A program made the position numbers and the translations under genes. The notes under the pieces were generated by a model. The model was not told the origin of the DNA. It did not search any database and was given only the letters and a program-made list of their open reading frames with translations. 64,000 nucleotides of DNA from positions 256,001-320,000 of the forward strand of contig CAXXLL010000002.1 in NCBI GenBank assembly GCA_963662545.2, given 5' to 3'. This DNA comes from Gammaproteobacteria bacterium (lineage in GTDB: Bacteria > Pseudomonadota > Gammaproteobacteria > Ga0077536). Positions 1-9,306 of this stretch are shown here, in pieces. Each line of letters opens with the position of its first letter. Position 1 is the stretch's first letter.

Positions 1-1737
1 GGAATTTCGACGACGATCATAACGCCAATGGCGACGGGCTTTAGGACCACGGGCACCGTGTTCATGACGATCATGGACGCGTATGCCAAAGTCATGACCG
101 CCGTCAATACGAACGTAAATCTGGCGTACGGCATCGCACAGCAGATCTACCATCTCGCGGCCGTGGTCAATACGCTCGGCGTGATCGACGAGATGATCCA
201 GAAAAACGCGCCCGATAACACGCAGATGTCGGGTTACGGCGTCCTCATGCTGTTGGCGCATCTCGGTACCTATGGCGGGCTGCCGCTGCCCGGCGTGATC
301 ACCAGTCAAGATGCCTTCGCGCCGTTCACGAAGTCTTACAACCCCACGAGCAAGGAAACGAAGGAAGATTGGCAGGCCGACACCGCGGGCGAAACGGATG
401 CCGGCGGTTATGGCCGTCTCGCCGCCATCATTCAGGATTCGGGCGACCCCTTCACCAAGGGCCGGCAGAACCCACCCTACCACGACAATCCGGATTACAC
501 GGGCCGCGGCTGGGAGATCAACTTATTCAAGAAGATGGAAGAGGCCGGCTTGTTGCCGGCACCTATCTCACTAGGCGTCGAAGGACCGCCAGTCAGCGGC
601 TATATGCGTTTCGGCGTCTGGCCTGACGGTTGGCTGGGCTTCGAGATGGGGGGCGGTTTCGATACCCCGATCGGCGGATTCAGCATCGACTATTACATCA
701 AGATCCAATTCACCATGAAGCGTGAGGGCGGCAGCGAGCTACGCGCGGTCATGCCGGTCACCGGTAATCCTCAAGTGGGCGGTACCAGTTTCGCCTGGTC
801 GAGTGCGGATGCGACCAATTTCGAACTCGGCTTCGCGGGTGGCGGCGGGTTCGAGGCCTGGATCACCATCCCCATCATCGATCAGGATATCACTATCATC
901 GACATCGGTTTCGATATCCTTGTGGACAACGACCACATGTTCATCGGCTTCAGTTTCGGCGGCAGCGAGTCGGGCTGTCATACAACGCAAGACGAAGACG
1001 GTAACGACGTGGAATCCTGCGAGACGGTCGCGGGTGACGCCGATGTCTCGATCTACGACGGCCCGTTCCCGAACACGGCACCCATAGGCGCGGCGTTCGT
1101 GCAATCGGGTTCGACTGCCAATAAAATTACCACCCCTCATCTGGTTACCGAGGCCACCGGCGGGCCGGTCTCCGAGGACTCTTACGGCAAGGCCGCGGCG
1201 CGGCTGCTCGCTAGGTATTACCCCACCGGCCCCCAGGCTACCGGCATCGTGTTCCAGCCCTCGGACCCTCGCTATACCGATGTCGTCTCGACCAGCCATA
1301 AGGGCCTGCCGAGATATATCGATACCACGGGGAGCGAACCGCTGGCGAAAATGGGCGGCCCCTTACTAATCGTCGGCTTGCAAATGGGCGAAGACGATTT
1401 CGATACCGCGCACTACGATGATCACGGCGGCGCCGAACCGGCCGGGCAGTTCACACTGGACGAGGCGTTCGGGGCAGGCGACATGACCGCGATCGCGAAG
1501 TCGGAGGTGTACTTCGATCGACCGCTGGATCGGTTCGTCGACTATTTCGCGCGCAGCGACGGCCACGTCGAGCACGGCAGCGCGTTCAATCCGTACTGGC
1601 AGGCGCGCCTGATCGAGACCAGCCATGCCGATCGCGTCCTCGCGCTGCTGGTCGAGCACGGCGAGGTCGCGCAGACGATCACCTTCGGAGAGGATATCGA
1701 CAGCCTCGTGGACTGGCTGGCGGGCCTTTTGCCTTGA
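1..1737 (+). CDS. TadG-like pilus assembly/adhesin protein (5' end outside window)
   Basis: Frame is open from base 1; C-terminal AKSEVYFDRP...SAFNPYWQARL motif typical of TadG-like proteins; first gene of a Tad cluster. Confidence 0.7.
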   Translation, partial: GISTTIITPMATGFRTTGTVFMTIMDAYAKVMTAVNTNVNLAYGIAQQIYHLAAVVNTLGVIDEMIQKNAPDNTQMSGYGVLMLLAHLGTYGGLPLPGVITSQDAFAPFTKSYNPTSKETKEDWQADTAGETDAGGYGRLAAIIQDSGDPFTKGRQNPPYHDNPDYTGRGWEINLFKKMEEAGLLPAPISLGVEGPPVSGYMRFGVWPDGWLGFEMGGGFDTPIGGFSIDYYIKIQFTMKREGGSELRAVMPVTGNPQVGGTSFAWSSADATNFELGFAGGGGFEAWITIPIIDQDITIIDIGFDILVDNDHMFIGFSFGGSESGCHTTQDEDGNDVESCETVAGDADVSIYDGPFPNTAPIGAAFVQSGSTANKITTPHLVTEATGGPVSEDSYGKAAARLLARYYPTGPQATGIVFQPSDPRYTDVVSTSHKGLPRYIDTTGSEPLAKMGGPLLIVGLQMGEDDFDTAHYDDHGGAEPAGQFTLDEAFGAGDMTAIAKSEVYFDRPLDRFVDYFARSDGHVEHGSAFNPYWQARLIETSHADRVLALLVEHGEVAQTITFGEDIDSLVDWLAGLLP

Positions 1738-1738
1738 G

Positions 1739-2893
1739 ATGAGTACGGGCGCTGGACAGGGGCATTTCGAACGCGGTCAGGCGATGACCGAGTTCGTGAT
1801 CGCGGCCACCTTCGTGTTGGTGCCCCTGTTCATATTCGTGCCGATGCTCGGCAAGTATATCGATTTCAAACACGCCGCGATCCAGGCGGCGCGCTACCAG
1901 GCGTGGGAGTACACCGTGTGGTACGAGGACACCGATGACCGCGACATCCTGGACAATTTCGATTCGGGCATTGCGAACTATCTCCACCCCGAGAAAACGG
2001 TGCCTGACACCCGCAACGAATCGCGGATCAGGATGATGTCGACGGTTGGCAACGAACTGACAGGGACTCCGGGAGATACCACCCCCGGCGCGATTCGATA
2101 CATACAATCGAGCGACGCGGGTGAGGACTATACGCCAAATGCTATATGGACCGATCATCGGGGACTCCCATTCTTCGCTGACGGCGACATGACGATCAAC
2201 GCGGTGAATACCGATGACGATACGCCCACGATCACCATATTTGGCGTCGATGTCGGCTCCGTGTTGAGCGCCATCGTCGACGTCGTGCAGTCCGGCTTCA
2301 ATGCCATCGCCAAGCTCCTCAATCCCGACGACACTGCGGCCGCGGCCGGATTCTCGGCCATGCATACCGACGGCTTTTCGCATGTCGACTTCGACGCCGA
2401 AATCACCGTACCGCAGAACGTGATCTTTTTGAGAGACGAACTCGGCGAAGCGGCAGATACGTCCACGCGGACCCTGGGGTTCAACGCCAAGGCCGGCGTG
2501 CTGGCGGCGGGCTGGAATGCGGGCGGTACGGACCACACCTATCTCCAAGTCAGTGGCACGACCCCGTCGACCCTGGTCAACGCCTTGCTCAATCTGCCCC
2601 TGCTCGACGAAGTCTGGACCGCGATCAGCTTCATCGCGCCCGAGCTGTCCCGTTGTTATTCGGGCTCAGCCACGCCCATATCGCCGCTGGCCGCGCCCGA
2701 TGGGCACCTGTGGCTCGGCTATGTGGATGGCGACGTGGTGCACGTGGATCGCCTCTCCGAGCTGGGCGGGGATCCGGACGACCGCCTTGGCAACCATGCT
2801 TGCGACGACGCCGGTCGCTGCATCTGGGACGACGACGCATGGGCCGATTGGGCCCCCGACCCGCCGTTGGGGCATTCGGATTGCATACCGTGA
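1739..2893 (+). CDS. TadE-like pseudopilin, long form
   Basis: ATG 1739 immediately after upstream stop; prepilin motif RGQAMTEF followed by a hydrophobic helix and AARYQAWE. Confidence 0.8.
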   Translation: MSTGAGQGHFERGQAMTEFVIAATFVLVPLFIFVPMLGKYIDFKHAAIQAARYQAWEYTVWYEDTDDRDILDNFDSGIANYLHPEKTVPDTRNESRIRMMSTVGNELTGTPGDTTPGAIRYIQSSDAGEDYTPNAIWTDHRGLPFFADGDMTINAVNTDDDTPTITIFGVDVGSVLSAIVDVVQSGFNAIAKLLNPDDTAAAAGFSAMHTDGFSHVDFDAEITVPQNVIFLRDELGEAADTSTRTLGFNAKAGVLAAGWNAGGTDHTYLQVSGTTPSTLVNALLNLPLLDEVWTAISFIAPELSRCYSGSATPISPLAAPDGHLWLGYVDGDVVHVDRLSELGGDPDDRLGNHACDDAGRCIWDDDAWADWAPDPPLGHSDCIP

Positions 2894-3606
2894 TGCATAA
2901 GGTGCACGTCATGGCGCGTCGGCAGTTATTGGTACTTGCGATAACTTGTTTCGCGAATTTCGCCGCTAGCGCGCGACCGCCGGATTTTCCCGCACCCGAC
3001 GACGCCGACGTCAGTCAGGTCGCGCGCTCCATGACCATCAACGGCCGTACGATGTCGGTACGCGCTTTCGTCGCCGACGATACGGTCGAGGAAGTCGTCG
3101 ATTTTTATAAGGAAATGTGGCAAGACCCGCCGGTCAAGGGCGCGCCGGGCTTCGCCTACGAACCGGAGGTGCTCGCGCCCTGGCACCTCGTCACCCGTGT
3201 TGAGGACGGTTACGTGCTCACCGTGCAGGTGCAGGCGGCGAGTCCCACCAGCTCGCGCGGCTATCTTGCGACGGGACTGCTGCCCGAACCGGGCGAACCG
3301 CCGCCGTCGGCGCCGGAGCCGACCGCCATGCGAGGGAGCACCGTGCTTTCCAATGTTACGAGCGAAGACCCCGGCAAGTCGGCGCAGACGGTCATGTTGG
3401 CCAATGAGTTTTCGGTCGACAGCAACGTTAATTTCTATCGCAATCAGTACAGCGGCTGGCGTACCGATATCGACCAAAAACTCGCCAGCGACAAGTATCA
3501 TGCTTTGAGTTTCACCCGCGGTCGCCGGCAGGTGCAGATCACCATTCAATCGAGTCGTGACGGGGCGCATATAGTGTTAAACTCTGTTGAACACGATCTG
3601 CTGTAG
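2893..3606 (+). CDS. Exported Tad-associated hypothetical protein with two similar half-domains
   Basis: Overlaps upstream stop; signal peptide MARRQLLVLAITCFANFAASA; VVDFYKE and NVNFYRN motifs separated by a Pro-rich linker; start could be 2911. Confidence 0.7.
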   Translation: MHKVHVMARRQLLVLAITCFANFAASARPPDFPAPDDADVSQVARSMTINGRTMSVRAFVADDTVEEVVDFYKEMWQDPPVKGAPGFAYEPEVLAPWHLVTRVEDGYVLTVQVQAASPTSSRGYLATGLLPEPGEPPPSAPEPTAMRGSTVLSNVTSEDPGKSAQTVMLANEFSVDSNVNFYRNQYSGWRTDIDQKLASDKYHALSFTRGRRQVQITIQSSRDGAHIVLNSVEHDLL

Positions 3607-3914
3607 AGCCTTGATGAGTAACCGATTTTATTCTTCCCGCCCAACCGCCATATGGCGGGTAGCGGGCCAGGCCATGGTCGAATACACGATAGTGCTCGCA
3701 TTCGGGGTGATGGTGCTGTACGGGCCGGGCGGGGACGTCATCGAAGAACTCGAAGAAGTGTTTAGAAACAATTACCGCGGTTATTCGTATGCGATGTCGC
3801 TGTCGGCCCTGCCGGATTTCGGCAACGGCGAGGAATACCGGAACTACATCGAGGATTTGCAGCTCGACCCGGCACTCGACGACGCCACCCTTGACCGTCT
3901 GGCCGTCGATCCGG

Positions 3915-5300
3915 GAGTTATTGTCAAAAGTGGTGTTCAGGCGGTTGAATCAAGCGGCGACCTGATTGACCCTTGTCACCTCGATACCATCTTCAAATTT
4001 AACTCCAGTAATCACCTTGGCCAGGTAGTCGAATCCACGTAGGCGTCGCCAATTCTTCTGCGCACACCGCCCCAGCTTGAACATCATATGGAGCATGCCG
4101 TCCCGAGAGAGACCGCCCTTGGAGCGCCGGGTCCGGTGCCGGATCGTAGCGAAGGTGGATTCAATCGGATTGCTCGTGCGAATGCTTTGCCAATGTGGTG
4201 CCGGAAAATCATAGAACGCCAGCAACTCCTCACGGTCTTTCTGTAGGCACAGGGTCGCCTTGGGATACTTCGGTTCATAGGTCTTGAGGAACAGCTCGAA
4301 CGCCTTCTCGGCGTCGGCCTTTGTCGCGGCCTGCCAGATCGCGTGCAGGGCTTGCTTGGCTTTGGCCTGTGCCGACTTCGGTAGGCAGTTCAGCACGTTC
4401 ATCGTCTTGTGCATCCAGCAGCGTTGCTGGCGGGTCTCACCGTAGACTTCCTCCAGTGCGGCCCAGAAGCCCATGGCACCGTCCCCGATCGCCAGCTTGG
4501 GAATATTCATCCCGCGTGACTTCAATTTCAGCAACACCTCGCGCCAGCTCTGCGTGGACTCCCGCACACCATCCTCCATCGCCAAAAAACGCTTCTCGCC
4601 TCGCTCATTGACGCCGATCACCACCAACGCACACAGCTTCGTGTGCTCCGCCCGCAGGCCACTGTAGACACCGTCCGCCCACACCTACACCCAGCGGTCT
4701 TGGTCCAATCGCCCCTCGCACCAGTCGCGGTATTCTTGCGCCCACACCTGCTTCAAGCGCGACACGGTGCTCGCCGACAGGCCCTTCGCCTGCGGCCCCA
4801 ACAAAACTTCCAGCGCAGCGCCCATTTCGCCACTGGAAACGCCCTTCAAATACAGCCACGGCACGGCCGCCTCCAAGGTTCTTGTCTTGCGCACATACGG
4901 CGGCACCAGCGCTGAACGGAAGGTCACCGGCTCGCCGAGCTTCGAACGAACCTTCGGGATCCTCACCGTCACCGGCCCCAAGCCCGTCTGCAACTGGCGT
5001 TCCGGCAAATAGCCGTTGCGAACCACACCTGCTTTGTCGTCCGCCGTGCGATGTCCTGAATACTGCGCCATATATTCTGCCAGCTCGATTTCAACCGCTC
5101 GTTCAATCAGAGCCCGAGCACCGTTTCTCAAGACCTCCGTCAACGGATCTGGTATTCCTTCTCGACCTGATAATTCAACAACCTTACTCTCTCTCATGGT
5201 GGCGTATCCTCTTTGGTTGGCTTGCTGCTTGGTAACAACATTTCAACCAGATACGCCGCCTTTATTCAATTCGCTCAAACACCAGATTCAGTTATAACTC
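3915..5300 (-). mobile_element. IS256-family insertion sequence, 1386 bp
   Basis: Imperfect terminal IRs GAGTTATTGTCAAAAGTGGTGTT / GAGTTATAACTGAATCTGGTGTT; 9-bp direct repeat TCGATCCGG at 3906-3914 and 5301-5309. Confidence 0.93.
3950..5197 (-). pseudogene. IS256 transposase with in-frame TAG
   Basis: Mutator-type motifs RNGY, WADG, IGDGAMGFW, QRCWMHK, TSNPIES; ORFs 4685-5197 and 3950-4684 share a frame and are separated by one TAG (RWV*VWADG). Confidence 0.88.
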
Positions 5301-5585
5301 TCGATCCGGTTCAGGAGGCGATCTCGAGCGCGCTCGAGCCGTATGCGGATGTAACGAGCGGCCTTAGTGACATCAGTGGCTTGATTGGGGACCCGGCTAC
5401 GATCATGTCCGATCTCGCTGAAGAAATGCTCTCGGATGCGATTAATATCACACCGTTCTGATTTGATTGATTTAGGTGAGCTGAACGCCGTTCTGATGGT
5501 TTTAAAGAGGCCTTAGAGCCGCCGGCACCCGGTCCGGCATCAGAGCGAAAACTTCACCCAGCCTGAAGGGGAGGACTCGACTGGC

Positions 5586-7319
5586 ATGGCCGCTGATCCC
5601 GAACGCAAAAGTGCATTTGGCATACCCTTACTCGTGGGCGCGGTCGGCTTCGGCCTCGTGGCCGCCTTGTTGTCTTTCGTTTACCTGAAAAGTGAAGCCA
5701 GGGCGCTGATCGAGAAATACGCCGGCCCCGATCGAAAACAAGTGTCGGTACTCGTCACCGCGCAGGACGTGCGAAAAGGATCGGTGCTCCGGCGAGAGCT
5801 GATTTCGCAACGTAAGATCCCGGCGCGCTTCGCCCATGGTGATGCGATACGCGCCGCTGATTTCGAGCGCTATCTCGGCCGCGTTGTCGAGGTCAATATC
5901 GCGGCCGGCAAGCCGATACTCAAGAGCTTTCTCGATGATAAGTTTCCGGTCGATTTCTCGGATACGATTCCGATCGGACGCCGCGCAATGACGGTGCAGG
6001 TTGACGAAGTCAATTCGGTGGGGGGATTCATTCGTCCCGGCAACACCATTGATTTATACGTCAACATTCCGTCCGGCTTTTCCGGCTTTTCCGCTGGCTT
6101 CATCACCGCCGATCTGGTCGACGTGATACCCGCACAGCTGCTCGATGCAATTCCGCCCGCGCTGCTCGACGCGGCGCTGAGCGCGAATCCCGACGACGCC
6201 ACGGTTCAATCACTCGTGGCCAATGCCATGCCTAAGGACGTGATTCTCCCGGTCCTTCAAAACGTGCGTGTTTTGGCCACCGGACGCGATGCTTATCGTG
6301 AACAGCTCGATGCGCTGCGCTATCCGCAGCGGCGCAGCGAACGAACGTTCAACACGCTGACCCTCGATTTGTCGCCGCGAGAAGCGGCGCTGATAACAGC
6401 GGCGGTCGACAAAGGCGATCTCCTGGCAATCCTCCGTAATCGCGAAGACGAGGGTTCGGCCGATTTTTCGACGGTGGCAGCCCAGGATCTATTCAGCAAC
6501 GCCTTCGAGATGGCGCAAGCCGAAGCCGAACGCCGTACGCGCGTCAGCGCGGCCGCCGGCGTCGATATCGATGGCAATCTCATAGACGCGGATGGCAATA
6601 GGCTCATGAGCGCCGAGCAACTCGCGGCGGCCGGTCTGCACGTGAACGAAAACGGCGAATTGGTCGACGCGGATGGCAATGTGGTCGATCCCAACGACCT
6701 CGTGGTCACAGCCGACGGTCGCGTACTGAACAAGAAGCAGCTCGCCGCCGCCGGCTTCACGGTCAACGCCAGCGGTCAGATCGTCGACGCCGACGGCAAC
6801 ATCGTGTCGGCGGACGATATCGTCATCACCGCGAGCGGCGAAGTGCTGACCAAACAGCAATTGGCGGCCGCCGGACTCAGCGTTAACGAGAATGGCGAGA
6901 TCGTCGATGCCAGTGGCCGGGTCGTCGATAGCTCGCAGCTCGTGATAACCGCAGACGGCAAGATCCTCACTACCGAGCAACTGGCTGCGGCTGGTTTGAG
7001 CGTTAACGAAAACGGCGAGATCGTCGACGCCGACGGCAATGTCGTCGACCCCGACAGCCTGATCGTATCGGCCGCTGGCGAACTGCTGTCGAGGGAGCAG
7101 CTCGCCGCAGCCGGTTTGAGCGTCAACGAGAAGGGTGAGATCGTCGATGCCGACGGCAACGTGGTTGATCCGAGCACCCTGGTCCTCGATGAGAACGGCA
7201 ATGTCGTCAAGGCCGAAGACCTGATTGCGGCCGGCAGACCTCATCGCATCGACATGATTATCGGCGGCGCGAGTGAAGACGGCGTCGCGAAGTCGACCAC
7301 GCTCCAGGTGACCGATTAG
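5586..7319 (+). CDS. cpaB: Flp pilus assembly protein CpaB/RcpC with C-terminal repeats
   Basis: N-terminal TM, SAF-like region, GRRAMTVQVDEVNSVGGFIRPGNTIDL, LQNVRVLATG; GGAGG RBS. Confidence 0.9.
   Translation: MAADPERKSAFGIPLLVGAVGFGLVAALLSFVYLKSEARALIEKYAGPDRKQVSVLVTAQDVRKGSVLRRELISQRKIPARFAHGDAIRAADFERYLGRVVEVNIAAGKPILKSFLDDKFPVDFSDTIPIGRRAMTVQVDEVNSVGGFIRPGNTIDLYVNIPSGFSGFSAGFITADLVDVIPAQLLDAIPPALLDAALSANPDDATVQSLVANAMPKDVILPVLQNVRVLATGRDAYREQLDALRYPQRRSERTFNTLTLDLSPREAALITAAVDKGDLLAILRNREDEGSADFSTVAAQDLFSNAFEMAQAEAERRTRVSAAAGVDIDGNLIDADGNRLMSAEQLAAAGLHVNENGELVDADGNVVDPNDLVVTADGRVLNKKQLAAAGFTVNASGQIVDADGNIVSADDIVITASGEVLTKQQLAAAGLSVNENGEIVDASGRVVDSSQLVITADGKILTTEQLAAAGLSVNENGEIVDADGNVVDPDSLIVSAAGELLSREQLAAAGLSVNEKGEIVDADGNVVDPSTLVLDENGNVVKAEDLIAAGRPHRIDMIIGGASEDGVAKSTTLQVTD
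6570..7236 (+). repeat. 120-bp (40-aa) degenerate tandem repeats in cpaB, about 5.5 copies
   Basis: LAAAG codons begin at 6621, 6741, 6861, 6981, 7101 and LIAAG at 7221; unit approximately LAAAGLSVNENGEIVDADGNVVDPxxLVVTADGxVLTxEQ. Confidence 0.9.
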
Positions 7320-7331
7320 CGGCGGGTTTCA

Positions 7332-7616
7332 ATGGCTGCTTTATTCGTTAATCCAATTGGTCGCGGTAGATACAGATGGATTTTAGTCATGACGCTTTGG
7401 ATGTTCGCGGCCGCGGCCGAAGAGAATATGGGCGCCGCCGCGGGCAAGGCACAAGCGCAGGATACGGAATTCGATGCCGAAACATCGCTCATTACCTCCG
7501 GCGACGTGACGACATCCGGCCGCCGGGCCACCGACGGCCCTTCGGTCGAATACATTACCGGTGGTAACAGTACGGACGGGGCGGCCAAGGTCGGACGACT
7601 GCCGGTTATCGATTGA
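7332..7616 (+). CDS. Small exported protein ending in a CpaB C-terminal-like peptide
   Basis: Fills the cpaB-cpaC gap; signal-peptide-like N-terminus; VEYITGGNSTDGAAKV resembles the CpaB end IDMIIGGASEDGVAKS. Confidence 0.6.
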   Translation: MAALFVNPIGRGRYRWILVMTLWMFAAAAEENMGAAAGKAQAQDTEFDAETSLITSGDVTTSGRRATDGPSVEYITGGNSTDGAAKVGRLPVID

Positions 7617-7635
7617 TTGCTGAGGGGGAAACGAC

Positions 7636-9222
7636 TTGAACTGTACGGTGAACGGATCGGGCGTTCGGAGATTCGAACCTATGATTAGCATGCACTTTGG
7701 GGTAAAGAATCGCTGCGGCGCAAACAAGGTTTTGATGGCGCTGTCGGTGGCTTTGGTGTTGATCTTTTCGGGGCTGAGCTCAGCATGGGCGGCGACTGTC
7801 AACATCAAAGTTGGCGAAGTCAAGATCATGAAGCCCGGGGACATCGAGCGCGTTGCTGTCGGCAACACGGGATTCATGGGCACTTCCTTACTCAAAAACG
7901 GTCAGTTATTGCTTTTTGGAGAGTCACCCGGCGCGACGACCTTGCATTTGTGGCTCAAGAACGGACAGGAACTCGACTACGAGATTTACGTCGACGAGGC
8001 GGCATACGCTCAAACGGTAAATAGCGGCGTACTCCGGCAAAAATTCACAGAGATCGATGCGCTCATCGGCGACGTACTGGGCCTCGAAATGTCGATCGTC
8101 GGCCCCAAGATCGTCTTGTCCGGACATTACGTCAACACCGTGGTTATCGACGCCGTCAAAGCAAATTATGCGGATGTCATTCTCGATCTGTCCTTATCGA
8201 CCAAATTGAGCGAAGTGCAGCAACTGCTGGAACACGTTCCCGGTATAGAACTTCGCGTCGTGGGCGACCGCATTGTGATTCACGGCGTCATCGGTACAAC
8301 CTTCGTCGACACGATCGCGACGGTAGCGGCCGCGTACCCGGAGATCATGGACCTCACCCGCCTGAAAGACGAGGAATCAGTCGATGACAAGATGGTCTTG
8401 ATGAACGTCAAGATCACCGAATTCAACCGGGCGGCGTCGGATAGTCTGGGCATTAACTGGACCACCAATTTCGCCGGTCCCGCGGGCGCCTTTGCCCACG
8501 AAGTCGGCCTCGGCGGCAGGCGGGGGGATGGCGTGACCATACTCGGCGCTCCGGGTACGCCAACGAGCATCGCGGGTGTCGATGTCGCCCAGGTTCAACC
8601 TTCGTTCGGTTATTTCGGTATCGCCACGGAGATCGCCTCGCGGATCAACGTCGCAGTCAGCTCCGGGGACGCCTTGATCCTCGCCGAACCGAGATTGATC
8701 GCCCGCAGCGGGGGTGAGGCGAGTTTCCTCGCGGGCGGGGAAGTGCCGATCGAAATCGTCACGCCCACCAGCGCATCGATCGAATTCAAGGAGTTCGGTA
8801 TCTTGATGAACATCAGCCCGCGAGTGGACGCCTATGACAACATCCGTGCGACCGTCGAGACTGAGATCAGTGCGGTCGACCAATCCGTGTCGGTCGGCAA
8901 CACGCCGGGCTTTCTGACCCGGCGCACCTCGGCTGACGTTCTCCTGCGATCCGGCGAGACCCTGGTGATGTCGGGCCTGGTCGATCGGGAACTTGGCAGG
9001 GACGTATCGGCCGTCAAAGGGCTGGGGGCCATCCCGATCCTCGGCGCCTTATTTCGCTCGCGGGATTTTCGCGACTCGATCACCGATTTGGTGATCTTCG
9101 TAACACCGCTTATCTACGATGCTTCGCATCAGCAAAATATTGAGGACGTCGCCCGCGAACAGCAAAGAACAGGCGCTTTCATTGAATCGATGCGTGGGTC
9201 GACATTTAAATTGCTCGACTAG
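7636..9222 (+). CDS. cpaC: Tad secretin CpaC/RcpA
   Basis: N-terminal pilus-formation domain, LAEPRLIARSGGEASFLAGGEVPI, EFKEFGI, GAIPILGALFRS; start uncertain (7636, 7681 or 7735). Confidence 0.92.
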   Translation: MNCTVNGSGVRRFEPMISMHFGVKNRCGANKVLMALSVALVLIFSGLSSAWAATVNIKVGEVKIMKPGDIERVAVGNTGFMGTSLLKNGQLLLFGESPGATTLHLWLKNGQELDYEIYVDEAAYAQTVNSGVLRQKFTEIDALIGDVLGLEMSIVGPKIVLSGHYVNTVVIDAVKANYADVILDLSLSTKLSEVQQLLEHVPGIELRVVGDRIVIHGVIGTTFVDTIATVAAAYPEIMDLTRLKDEESVDDKMVLMNVKITEFNRAASDSLGINWTTNFAGPAGAFAHEVGLGGRRGDGVTILGAPGTPTSIAGVDVAQVQPSFGYFGIATEIASRINVAVSSGDALILAEPRLIARSGGEASFLAGGEVPIEIVTPTSASIEFKEFGILMNISPRVDAYDNIRATVETEISAVDQSVSVGNTPGFLTRRTSADVLLRSGETLVMSGLVDRELGRDVSAVKGLGAIPILGALFRSRDFRDSITDLVIFVTPLIYDASHQQNIEDVAREQQRTGAFIESMRGSTFKLLD

Positions 9223-9306
9223 ATAGGATCTTTATGTAACAAAAATTACGAATCATTCCCGCTGCTGCGCGGTAAAATTGACCCAAGCCCACAGAGTTAA
9301 TAACTT

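Larger units (their letters stand above)
3614..5461 (+). pseudogene. Flp/TadE-type pilin-like gene (150 aa when restored) interrupted by IS256
   Basis: GQAMVEY prepilin motif; joining 3614-3914 to 5310-5461 gives one in-frame ORF (...RLAVDP|VQEAISS...ITPF*). Confidence 0.85.

Noticed and set aside
4685-4687. Amber recoding or pyrrolysine
   Set aside because: TAG is used as a normal stop elsewhere (e.g. cpaB, cpaC) and there is no pyl machinery
9235-9252. GTAA-N6-TTAC palindrome upstream of tadA
   Set aside because: Too short to distinguish from chance in an AT-rich spacer
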